Shown here in pieces: positions 1 to 8,417 of a stretch of 64,000 bases of DNA. The position numbers were made by a program, and so were the translations under genes. Origin of the DNA: Vulcanimicrobiota bacterium (GTDB taxonomy: Bacteria > Vulcanimicrobiota > Vulcanimicrobiia > Vulcanimicrobiales > Vulcanimicrobiaceae); contig CAWCIZ010000004.1 in the NCBI GenBank assembly GCA_963795855.1, positions 160,001-224,000 on the forward strand. The letters are read 5' to 3'. Under the pieces are notes generated by a model. That model saw nothing but the letters and a program-made list of their open reading frames with translations. It was not told the DNA's origin and searched no databases. Numbering within the stretch: the first letter of the stretch is position 1; every line of letters starts with the position of its first letter.

Positions 1-552
1 AAGTATCCGACCGCGAAAAAACTCGCCTCAGCCGAGCAAGAAGACGTCGAGACTATCATCAAGTCGTGCGGGTTCTTCCGGATGAAAGCGCGCAACATCG
101 TGAATTGCGCGCGCGAGCTGGTCGAAAAGTATGGCGGCGAGGTTCCGCGAGAGCGGGAACAATTGGAAGCCCTCGCGGGCGTTGGGCGAAAGACCGCGAA
201 CGTGGTCATGTCGGTTGCGTTCGAAGAGGCCGCGATCGCCGTCGACACGCACGTGTTTCGCGTCGCGCACCGGCTCGGGCTTACGCTCGGGAAGACTCCT
301 CGCGAGGTTGAGAACGATCTCGAAGCGATCGTGCCCCGCAGCGATTGGCGGCACGCGCATCATTGGCTCATCTTGCACGGACGCGCGATTTGCAAAGCGC
401 CCGTGCCGCTGTGCGCGCAATGTCCGGTACGCGACTTATGTCCGACGCCGAAGATTTTGGCTAAAAGCTTAGGGGCCCGGGGCCGTTCAAATGCGGCGGA
501 CGCGGCAGCTCGGCGTCCTGCGCGATCCGCTTCAACAAAGAAGAAGGCGTAA
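1..552 (+). CDS. nth: Endonuclease III (5' end outside window)
   Basis: Frame open from base 1. HhH motif LAGVGRKTANVV, AVDTHV, and 4Fe-4S motif C-x6-C-x2-C-x5-C (CKAPVPLCAQCPVRDLC). Confidence 0.95.
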   Translation, partial: KYPTAKKLASAEQEDVETIIKSCGFFRMKARNIVNCARELVEKYGGEVPREREQLEALAGVGRKTANVVMSVAFEEAAIAVDTHVFRVAHRLGLTLGKTPREVENDLEAIVPRSDWRHAHHWLILHGRAICKAPVPLCAQCPVRDLCPTPKILAKSLGARGRSNAADAAARRPARSASTKKKA

Positions 553-976
553 GGGCTTCGCCGTATCCGGCTTCGGTCGATATTTTGGAAAGATTGATCA
601 GCGACGGGGTCGGTGCATCGGGGTCGAACTGCCATTCGCCGTCGAGATCGAGACCAGCGATCCGCACGAGTTGATGGACTTCATCGAGATCCAGACCGAC
701 TCGCTTGTCGCCGAAGCGCAACCGCAAGCGCGGCGGCTTCTCCAAACGAATGAATTTTACGCCGGCGCGCGCGCCTAAGATCGCGTTCAGGCGTTTCGAC
801 GCCAGCTGCAGACGCTCGCCGAATGCGGCGAAAGCGGTTTCCGCATCTTCGAACGCGATCGGCTGCGCGGGTTCCCCTTCGACGACGGTATCGATCTCCT
901 TACGCGCGCGGATTCGCATGGCGGCGGCGACAATGGGATTTTGGCGGGTGAACTCCTCGTCGAACGGATCGGGCAT
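461..976 (-). CDS. Hypothetical protein (171 aa)
   Basis: ATG at 976 (MPDPFDEEF...), globular-looking composition, fills the gap between nth and the VIT1 gene; 3' end overlaps the nth 3' end. Confidence 0.65.
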   Translation of the reverse strand: MPDPFDEEFTRQNPIVAAAMRIRARKEIDTVVEGEPAQPIAFEDAETAFAAFGERLQLASKRLNAILGARAGVKFIRLEKPPRLRLRFGDKRVGLDLDEVHQLVRIAGLDLDGEWQFDPDAPTPSLINLSKISTEAGYGEALTPSSLLKRIAQDAELPRPPHLNGPGPLSF

Positions 977-1021
977 TTCGCAGCAAGTATTCGCGGGACG
1001 CGCCGGTGAACTCCGCCTCCC

Positions 1022-1834
1022 ATGAACCCGAAACTGCCGGTGCCCGACCACAGTGTCGTGGTCGATACGCCGGGCTGGCGGAAGATCAAGCCGCGGATAC
1101 CCGATACGCCGCAACGCCGCACGCTCGAGCGCCAGCGGAGCATCCGCGAACTCGTGTTCGGCGTACAGGACGGGATTCTCACCACGCTCGGCATCGTGAC
1201 CGGCGTCGGAGAGGCGGAAGGCAAGCACTGGTTCGTCATCATCAGCGGGTTGCTCGCGCTGATTTCCGGTGCGCTTTCGATGGGCGTCGGCGAGTATTTG
1301 GGATCGAAGGCGGAGCGTGAGGTCGTGCAGGCAGCCATCGATATGGAGCGATCCGAAATGGAAGCGCATCCGGAAGACGAGTTCGCCGAGCAAGTCGCGT
1401 ACTACAAGCTCAAGGGCTTCAGCGCGGACGAGGCGCACACGATCGTCAAGCGCCTGGCGCAGAATCCCGAGATCTACTTGTATGAAATGATGCGCGACGA
1501 ATTCGGAATCGATCCGCGTATTGCCGAAAAGGTCAGCCTGCGCGGTCCGCTCGCGATGGCCGGTTCGTTCGCGATCGGCTCGCTGCTGCCGATCATTCCG
1601 TATTTTACGCCTTGGAACCCGCGCCTTACCCTGATCGTGAGTTTGGTGTTTGCCATTGCGGGACTATTCGGAATCGGGTTCTACGCCGGGACGCTCAGTG
1701 AGCGCAGCCCCTGGCGCAAAGGCATCGAGATCGTGCTGTTCGGGATGGTAGTATTCGCATTGTCGTGGGCGGCGGGCTACTACATACCGACGCTGCTCGG
1801 CCACAGACCCGGCGGGCTGTTGGGCGTAGGTTAA
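1022..1834 (+). CDS. VIT1/CCC1 family Fe/Mn transporter
   Basis: RELVFGVQDGILTT and SMGVGEYLG motifs; several TM helices. Confidence 0.92.
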   Translation: MNPKLPVPDHSVVVDTPGWRKIKPRIPDTPQRRTLERQRSIRELVFGVQDGILTTLGIVTGVGEAEGKHWFVIISGLLALISGALSMGVGEYLGSKAEREVVQAAIDMERSEMEAHPEDEFAEQVAYYKLKGFSADEAHTIVKRLAQNPEIYLYEMMRDEFGIDPRIAEKVSLRGPLAMAGSFAIGSLLPIIPYFTPWNPRLTLIVSLVFAIAGLFGIGFYAGTLSERSPWRKGIEIVLFGMVVFALSWAAGYYIPTLLGHRPGGLLGVG

Positions 1835-1836
1835 CG

Positions 1837-3420
1837 GTGGAGCGAAATCTGCGCCTTCTGTGCGCCGCACTGGCGGTTTCGATCCTCGCGGCCTGCAGTC
1901 GCGGGCCGGTACACAACGCGGGCGCCCAGACGCTGCGCGTTGCTGTGTTTGCCGACGTCAAGACGTTGAATCCTCTGTTGGACTCGACTACCAACGATGG
2001 ATTCGTGCAACGGTTCACGTTCGAACCACTCATCTCCGCGAACGCGCGAGGCGAACCCGTGCCGATTCTCGCCGCGGAAGTGCCGTCTCGCGAAAATCGC
2101 GGAATCGGCGCGGACGGTTTGACGGTTACCTATCACTTGCGCCGCAACGCGCGATGGTCCGACGGCGTGCCGGTCACGGCGGCAGACGTGAAATTTTCGT
2201 GGCAAGCGATCATGAACCCGCAGAACGACATCGCGTCCCGCCACGGCTACGACGACGTGCAGCGAATCGACACACCGGATCGGTACACGGTAGTCGTGCA
2301 TTTGAAGCAGCCGTTCGCACCGTTCATCACGACGTTCTTCGGCGAGAGCGATCAAGGGTACGACGTGGTCCCGGCGCACGTCTTAGCAAAATATCCGAAC
2401 ATCAACCACGTTTCCTTCGACTCCGATCCGACCGTGACGGACGGTCCGTTCACGTTCGTTTCGTGGTCCCACGGCGACCGCGTCGTTTTGAAAGCGAACG
2501 ACGACTTTTTCCTTGGCAAACCGCACTTGCGCCGCATAATCATCGAAGTGGTTCCAAACGAGGACACAGAGATCAATCTGCTCCAGACGCATGCCGTCGA
2601 CTATATGCTCGAACCATCGATAGCGACGTACCCCGCCATGAAAGCCGCGCGCGGCGTTCATATCGTGTGGGTGAACGTGAACGGATACGAGGGCATGGCG
2701 TTCAATTTGAATCGCTCGCCGCTGAGCGATCCGCGCGTGCGGCTCGCACTTGCGTATGGAATCGACAAACAAAAACTGCTCGACACTCTGACGTTCGGAC
2801 AAGAAAAGATCGCCACTGAGGATTTACCCGACTGGATGTGGGCGTCGAACCCCGCACTTCATCCCCTCCCGTATGACCCGGGCAAGGCTCGGGCGCTCTT
2901 GCGGGCCGCGGGCGTACGCCTTCCGCTGCAACTGCTACTCGTCACCGACACGGGAGACGTGACGCACGCGCGCGAGGCAGTGCAGCTGCAGGCGCTGCTG
3001 CGAAAAATAGGCGTGGCGATAGAAGTGAAGATGTATCCGGCGGATCTGCTTTACGCGCCGGCCGGCGCAGGCGGAGTGATAACCGGCGGAAAATTCGATC
3101 TCGCGCTCTTTCCTTGGTTCTCGGGAATCGATCCGGACGATTCCGCGCAGTTTTCGTGCGTGAACGCGGCACCGCACGGATGGAACGTCGCGCGATATTG
3201 CAACCGCGAGATGGACGCCCTGCAGAAACAAGCGCTGACGCACTACGACCGGCCCGCCCGCGAACGAGCCTACCATAGCATTCAAGCAATGCTTGCGCGT
3301 GACAATCCGCTCGTGTTCTTCTGGTGGCGCCGCCAAGCGCAAGCGCTGTCGGTCGATTTGCATGGGTTTGCGCCGAATCCCGTAACCGAGTCGTGGAACG
3401 CATGGGAGTGGAGCCTCTGA
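1837..3420 (+). CDS. Peptide ABC transporter substrate-binding lipoprotein (family 5)
   Basis: GTG at 1837 just after the VIT1 stop; lipobox LAAC; family-5 signature YHLRRNARWSDGVPVTAADVKFS. Confidence 0.9.
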   Translation: MERNLRLLCAALAVSILAACSRGPVHNAGAQTLRVAVFADVKTLNPLLDSTTNDGFVQRFTFEPLISANARGEPVPILAAEVPSRENRGIGADGLTVTYHLRRNARWSDGVPVTAADVKFSWQAIMNPQNDIASRHGYDDVQRIDTPDRYTVVVHLKQPFAPFITTFFGESDQGYDVVPAHVLAKYPNINHVSFDSDPTVTDGPFTFVSWSHGDRVVLKANDDFFLGKPHLRRIIIEVVPNEDTEINLLQTHAVDYMLEPSIATYPAMKAARGVHIVWVNVNGYEGMAFNLNRSPLSDPRVRLALAYGIDKQKLLDTLTFGQEKIATEDLPDWMWASNPALHPLPYDPGKARALLRAAGVRLPLQLLLVTDTGDVTHAREAVQLQALLRKIGVAIEVKMYPADLLYAPAGAGGVITGGKFDLALFPWFSGIDPDDSAQFSCVNAAPHGWNVARYCNREMDALQKQALTHYDRPARERAYHSIQAMLARDNPLVFFWWRRQAQALSVDLHGFAPNPVTESWNAWEWSL

Positions 3421-3424
3421 ACCG

Positions 3425-4552
3425 ATGTACGACGTCGTCGTCATCGGCTTGGGTGGAATGGGGAGCGCCGCACTCGCACATTGCGCGCTTCGCGGAGTGC
3501 GCGCGCTTGGAATAGAGCAGTTTGAGCCGCTTCACGAACTCGGCGCATCGTCCGGGCAAACGCGCGTAATCCGCCAAGCGTATTATGAGGATCCGGCATA
3601 CGTGCCGCTGCTGTTGCGCGCGTACGAGCTTTGGGGAGATTTAGAACGCCGCACGGAAACGGAATTGCTGCACCTCGCCGGGTTGTTGATGGTTGGGACG
3701 CCGGACACTGAATTGATCCGCGGTTCTTCGCTCGCCGCTCGCCTTTACGATTTGCCGGTGGAGCATTTGGATGCGTCCGAACTGCGGCGCAGATATCCGC
3801 TGCTGAACGTACGCGACGAAGAGAGCGGCGTATTCGAAGCGCGAGCGGGCGCGATTTTTCCGGAACGTGCCGTCCGAGCGCATCTCGATCTCGCACGCGA
3901 TAGCGGCGCGGAGACGCTCTTTGGCTTGGCGATGCAAGAATGGGATGCGGATGCAGACGGCATCACCGTGAAACTCTCGGACGGTTCCTCGTTTCGCTCG
4001 CGTTCCATGGTCCTAACGCTCGGGCCATGGTTCGAACGTGAATTGCGCGATGCCGGAGTGCCGATGCGCGTGCAGCGAAACGTGCAGGTCTGGTTCACTC
4101 CGCGAAATGGCGCGTACGGCGCCGGCCGCTTTCCCGCATTCTTCATCGAGCGGGAGTCGCTGCCGGCGCCGCTGTACGGTTTTCCGGATTACGGAGCGGG
4201 CGTGAAGGCGGCCTTTCACGGTTATGGCGACTTCGTCGAGCCGACCAGGCTGCAGCGTTCGATCGATGAGAGTGCGGACGTGAAACCCGTTGCGGACGCC
4301 GTGGAGCAATTCATGCCGGGCGGCGCGGCACGGTATCGTGCCGGCAAGGCGTGCATGTATTCTCTGACGCCGGATCGTCATTTTGCGATCGACCGTCATC
4401 CACGAAACGAACGCGTCGTGCTGTGCGGTGGATTCTCCGGGCACGGGTTCAAATTCGCGAGCGTCGTCGGCGAAATCGCCGCGCAACTGGCGCTCGACGG
4501 CGGCACACGTCACGACATCGGATTCCTTTCGTTCGATCGCTTCACGAAATAA
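3425..4552 (+). CDS. solA: N-methyl-L-tryptophan oxidase / monomeric sarcosine oxidase family
   Basis: GLGGMG FAD motif, GASSGQTRVIRQAY, CMYSLTPD (covalent-flavin Cys), GFSGHGFKF. Confidence 0.88.
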   Translation: MYDVVVIGLGGMGSAALAHCALRGVRALGIEQFEPLHELGASSGQTRVIRQAYYEDPAYVPLLLRAYELWGDLERRTETELLHLAGLLMVGTPDTELIRGSSLAARLYDLPVEHLDASELRRRYPLLNVRDEESGVFEARAGAIFPERAVRAHLDLARDSGAETLFGLAMQEWDADADGITVKLSDGSSFRSRSMVLTLGPWFERELRDAGVPMRVQRNVQVWFTPRNGAYGAGRFPAFFIERESLPAPLYGFPDYGAGVKAAFHGYGDFVEPTRLQRSIDESADVKPVADAVEQFMPGGAARYRAGKACMYSLTPDRHFAIDRHPRNERVVLCGGFSGHGFKFASVVGEIAAQLALDGGTRHDIGFLSFDRFTK

Positions 4553-4577
4553 AAAAAGCGCGGTCTTTCGACCGCGC
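4551..4577 (-). terminator. Intrinsic terminator for the Lys/Ala-rich gene, possibly bidirectional
   Basis: GCGCGGTC-tttc-GACCGCGC stem preceded by A7 on the + strand, between convergent genes. Confidence 0.8.
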
Positions 4578-4604
4578 GGGATAAACGAAATAAAGACGGG
4601 TGTA

Positions 4605-5027
4605 TTACGGTTTCTTGGTCTTGGGGGTGGTCTTCGCAGCCTTCGTTGCTTTGGTCGCTTTGGCGGCCTTCGCAGACTTGGCGGCCTTCACGGTCTTGGC
4701 GGCCTTCATCGTTTTGTTCGACTTGGCAGCCTTCACTTTGTCGGCCATCTTTTTGATGTTCTTCTTGGTCTTGGCAGCCTTGGCGGCTTTCGTCGCCTTC
4801 GCAGCCTTGGCCATCTTAGCCGTCTTCGCAGAGGCCTTCACTTTGTCGGCCGTCTTTTTGATCTTCTTGGCGGTGGTCGCCTTTTTGGCGGCAACCTTCT
4901 TCGCCGGCGCGGTTGTCTTCACCGCAGCCTTGGTCGTGGTCTTGGCGGCGGTCGTCTTGGTGGCGGCCATGGCCGTACCGGTGAGCAGAAACGCTGCCGC
5001 GATCAATGACGCGAGTACTTTGTTCAA
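4605..5027 (-). CDS. Secreted Lys/Ala/Thr-rich low-complexity protein (Asr- or histone H1-like)
   Basis: GGAGGA RBS then TTG at 5027; signal peptide MNKVLASLIAAAFLLTGTAMA; KAAK/KATK repeats. Confidence 0.85.
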   Translation of the reverse strand: MNKVLASLIAAAFLLTGTAMAATKTTAAKTTTKAAVKTTAPAKKVAAKKATTAKKIKKTADKVKASAKTAKMAKAAKATKAAKAAKTKKNIKKMADKVKAAKSNKTMKAAKTVKAAKSAKAAKATKATKAAKTTPKTKKP

Positions 5028-5199
5028 CGTAATTTCCTCCTTTCGCACGAGCGTCGAGCGCTCTGAAAACTCCGAGCGTCGCACAGGCATAACGCCGGGC
5101 GACGCCCGTCTGTTTCGCTTGCTTGCCCGGCAGCCCTTTTAGTTTCGGTTAAGCGCCTTAATCGAGCGCGGCCGAAGCGCGCGCTCGCTCGAAACCCTG

Positions 5200-6363
5200 C
5201 TATTTCGATTTGCCGACCAGATTGCGCGAGATCACGAGGCGCTGGATCTGCTGCGTGCCTTCGTATATCTGCGTTATTTTCGCGTCGCGCATCATCCGTT
5301 CGACGGGGTAGTCGACGGAATAGCCGTAGCCGCCGAGGATTTGCACGGCGTCCGTCGTCACGTTCATTGCCGTGTCGCCGCATTTCAACTTGCACATCGC
5401 GGCCCACAACGTAACGTCCGCCGCGCCTTCGTCGCATTTGCGTGCCGCTTCATAGAGCAGCAGGCGCGCGGCTTCCACTTCGGTCTTCATGTCCGCCAGC
5501 ATGAATCCCACGCCTTGCTGTTGACCGATCGGCTTGCCGAACGCAACGCGCTCGCGCGCGTAATTCGTCGCATACTCGAGTGCGCCGGCGGCAATGCCGA
5601 GCGCTTGGGCCGCGATGCCGGGGCGCGACTTGTCCAGCACTTTCATCGCGATCTTGAAACCTTCGCCTTCGTTGCCGAGCAGGTTCGCCGCCGGAACTTC
5701 GCAATTGTCGAAAACCAGTTCCACGGTCGGAGATCCTCGGATGCCCATTTTCTTCTCGAGTTTGCCGACGCTGAAGCCGGGAAAGGTTTTCTCGACGATG
5801 AACGCGCTGATGCCGTTCGGGCCCTTTTGCGGATCGGTGACGGCAAATACGCACACGACGTCCGCGACGCTGCCGTTCGTGATCCAGATTTTTTGACCGT
5901 TCAGAACGTAGGTATCGCCGCGTTTTTCAGCGCGTGCGCGCATGGAACCAGCCGCGTCGGAGCCGCTGCCCGCTTCAGTGAGTGCGTATGCCGCGATCCA
6001 TTCACCGCTTGCGAGCTTAGGAAGGTAGGTTTTTTTCTGCTCTTCGCTGCCGCCGATCAGAATCGGCAGCATGCCCAATTCCTGAACTGCGACGATAAGC
6101 GAACTGGAGGCGCACGCTTTGGCGATCTCTTCGACCACTTTCACGTACGTCAGGAACGTACCGCCCAAGCCGCCGTACTCGGCGGGAATCGGGATGCCCA
6201 TGAGGTCGTTCTGAGCGAACAGCTTGCGGATGTCTTGCGGATATTCACCGCGTTCGTCGATATCGGCGGCGCGCGGCGCGACTTTTTCGGCAACGAGTTC
6301 GCGCACCACGTCGAGGATCATCGCCTCTTCGTCGGAAGCGTGATGCGGGCTGGCGAGGGCCAT
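5200..6363 (-). CDS. Acyl-CoA dehydrogenase
   Basis: AGGAG RBS, ATG at 6363; ALTEAGSGSD, NGQKIWITN, GGYGY, IYEGTQQIQR motifs. Confidence 0.95.
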   Translation of the reverse strand: MALASPHHASDEEAMILDVVRELVAEKVAPRAADIDERGEYPQDIRKLFAQNDLMGIPIPAEYGGLGGTFLTYVKVVEEIAKACASSSLIVAVQELGMLPILIGGSEEQKKTYLPKLASGEWIAAYALTEAGSGSDAAGSMRARAEKRGDTYVLNGQKIWITNGSVADVVCVFAVTDPQKGPNGISAFIVEKTFPGFSVGKLEKKMGIRGSPTVELVFDNCEVPAANLLGNEGEGFKIAMKVLDKSRPGIAAQALGIAAGALEYATNYARERVAFGKPIGQQQGVGFMLADMKTEVEAARLLLYEAARKCDEGAADVTLWAAMCKLKCGDTAMNVTTDAVQILGGYGYSVDYPVERMMRDAKITQIYEGTQQIQRLVISRNLVGKSK

Positions 6364-6454
6364 TGGCGTGTGGATCTCCTGATGAGCGGGGGTAGAGACG
6401 CGAAAACTTCGCGGGGCGGGACCCCGCGTCCCCGCTATAGCATTACCGGCTTCT

Positions 6455-7213
6455 ATGGACAAAGTCGTCTCTTCGTGCGCCGAGGCGGTGAAAGACATTT
6501 CGAGCGGCGCATCCATCGCCGTGGGCGGGTTCGGCCTGAACGGCATTCCGCACAACCTGATCCAGGCGCTGTTCGAGCAGGGCGCGACCGACTTGGTTAC
6601 GGTTTCGAACAATTGCGGCGTTGACGGCTGGGGATTGGGCGTACTGCTGGACGCGAAACGCATCAAGCGCACCACCGGATCGTACGTCGGCGAAAACCGC
6701 GAGTTCGAACGGCAGTACCTGCAGGGCGAACTCGAAGTGGAATTGGTGCCGCAAGGCACGCTCGCCGAACGGCTGCGCGCCGGAGGCTGCGGCATACCGG
6801 CCTTCTATACTCCTGCCGGCGTCGGCACGCAAGTGGCCGAGGGCGGACTTCCGTGGAAGCACGCGCCTGACGGCAGCATCGCCAAACCATCGCCGAAGAA
6901 AGAGACCCGCGCTTTCGACGGACGCGACTATGTGCTCGAAGCGGGCATCGTTTGCGATTTCGCGCTGGTGCGCGCGAGCATCGGCGATCGCCACGGCAAT
7001 CTCATCTTTCACAAGGCGACGCGAAACTTCAATCCGTTGTGCGCCATGGCCGGAAAAATCACGATCGCAGAGGTCGAAAAGTTGGTCGAACCGGGCGAAA
7101 TCGATCCGGAACAGGTGCATCTGCCCGGCATCTTCGTGCAGCGTGTCGTGCACGTTGGATCGGCCGGCAAACGCATCGAACGCGTCACTACGCGAAAGAA
7201 AGGTACTCGATAA
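6455..7213 (+). CDS. scoA: 3-oxoacid CoA-transferase subunit A
   Basis: VGGFGLNGIP, PQGTLAERLRAGG, RNFNP motifs. Confidence 0.92.
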   Translation: MDKVVSSCAEAVKDISSGASIAVGGFGLNGIPHNLIQALFEQGATDLVTVSNNCGVDGWGLGVLLDAKRIKRTTGSYVGENREFERQYLQGELEVELVPQGTLAERLRAGGCGIPAFYTPAGVGTQVAEGGLPWKHAPDGSIAKPSPKKETRAFDGRDYVLEAGIVCDFALVRASIGDRHGNLIFHKATRNFNPLCAMAGKITIAEVEKLVEPGEIDPEQVHLPGIFVQRVVHVGSAGKRIERVTTRKKGTR

Positions 7214-7242
7214 TGCGGCGTCCGCGGCCCCGCCGACGGCGG

Positions 7243-7298
7243 ACATTCCTGTTGCGCGTGTGCCGAACGGCGGCGCGAAGGCTAGACCGCAGCGCCTT
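7243..7298 (+). repeat. Copy of modular intergenic repeat (shared with 13650-13715)
   Basis: 7272-7298 matches the reverse complement of 13650-13676 at 24/27; 7257-7271 matches the reverse complement of 13701-13715 at 14/15. Confidence 0.75.
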
Positions 7299-7321
7299 AA
7301 AAACCAAAGGGGTTTCCTAGG

Positions 7322-7990
7322 ATGGCGATTTCGCGAACACAACTCGCCGCACGCGTTGCTCAGGAGTTGCGCAACGGACAATACGTTAATCTGGGCATCG
7401 GCTTACCAACGCTGATTCCGAATTATCTTCCCGCGGGCGTTACCGTCGTGCTGCAAAGTGAAAACGGCATTTTGGGCATGGGGCCGTATCCGTTTGAAGG
7501 CGAGGAAGACGCGGATCTCATCAACGCCGGCAAGGAAACCGTCACCGTTCTGCCGGGCGCATCGTTTTTCGATTCATCGCTTTCGTTCGGGATGATCCGC
7601 GGCGGACACATCGACGTCGCGGTGCTGGGCGCCATGCAGGTCTCCGAGAAGGGCGACCTGTCGAATTGGATGATTCCCGGCAAAATGGTCAAAGGAATGG
7701 GCGGAGCGATGGATCTTGTGCATGGAGCCAAGTATTTGATCGTGATGATGGAGCACGTCGCAAAAGGCGGTGCGCACAAGATCGTCAAGGAATGCGATCT
7801 CCCCTACACGGGCCGCGCCGTCGTGAATCGCATCATCACCGATCTCGCGACGATCGACGTTACCCCGCAAGGATTAGTGCTTCGCGAACTCGCCCCCGGC
7901 GTGAGCGTCGATGAGGTGCGCGAGGCAACCGGCGCGCCGCTGCATGTGCCCGAAGAACCGAAAACGATGCGGATCGATGGATCCGCTTGA
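7322..7990 (+). CDS. scoB: 3-oxoacid CoA-transferase subunit B
   Basis: [14 protein letters not shown] (catalytic Glu), GMGGAMDL. Confidence 0.93.
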   Translation: MAISRTQLAARVAQELRNGQYVNLGIGLPTLIPNYLPAGVTVVLQSENGILGMGPYPFEGEEDADLINAGKETVTVLPGASFFDSSLSFGMIRGGHIDVAVLGAMQVSEKGDLSNWMIPGKMVKGMGGAMDLVHGAKYLIVMMEHVAKGGAHKIVKECDLPYTGRAVVNRIITDLATIDVTPQGLVLRELAPGVSVDEVREATGAPLHVPEEPKTMRIDGSA

Positions 7991-8417
7991 CCTCATCGTC
8001 GCGCCTCCACGGTCGCCGCGCGTTCGGCTCGCCGGATTGCTCATGCTCGCAAGAACCGTGGACAAGGCGCGCGCCCAGCTTCACGGCGGAAAACCCGGTC
8101 GCTACTACATAACGCCGGGGCTCAGCGAATGGCTGCTTCGAAAATTGCGGTTCTCGGAAGCGGAATTCGTCGATCTGGTCGCTCACGCAACGGACGAGAC
8201 GCAAATCGTCGCAGAAGTGCAGGAGCGCTGCTCGCCCGAACGCATCGCGCATCTCAACCAATACATGGAATCGTTCACCGTCGCTGCGGTTCCGGAGCAC
8301 ATGCGGGAACGGTTTTTTGAAGACCAGGGCGAGGCGCCGGCAGCGGAACTAGTGATCGACGCGATCGAACGCGACGATCGTCACATGGCTTCCGCGCGCG
8401 CAAACCCGGTGCCCTGA
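7977..8417 (+). CDS. DUF5069-like protein
   Basis: ATG at 7977 overlapping the scoB end; PPRSPR...L.RTVDKARA motif, recalled as typical of DUF5069. Confidence 0.7.
   Translation: MDPLDLIVAPPRSPRVRLAGLLMLARTVDKARAQLHGGKPGRYYITPGLSEWLLRKLRFSEAEFVDLVAHATDETQIVAEVQERCSPERIAHLNQYMESFTVAAVPEHMRERFFEDQGEAPAAELVIDAIERDDRHMASARANPVP

Noticed and set aside
4600..5142. 180-aa highly hydrophobic + strand ORF
   Set aside because: Antisense shadow of the Lys/Ala repeat gene; the RBS and terminator support the minus strand.
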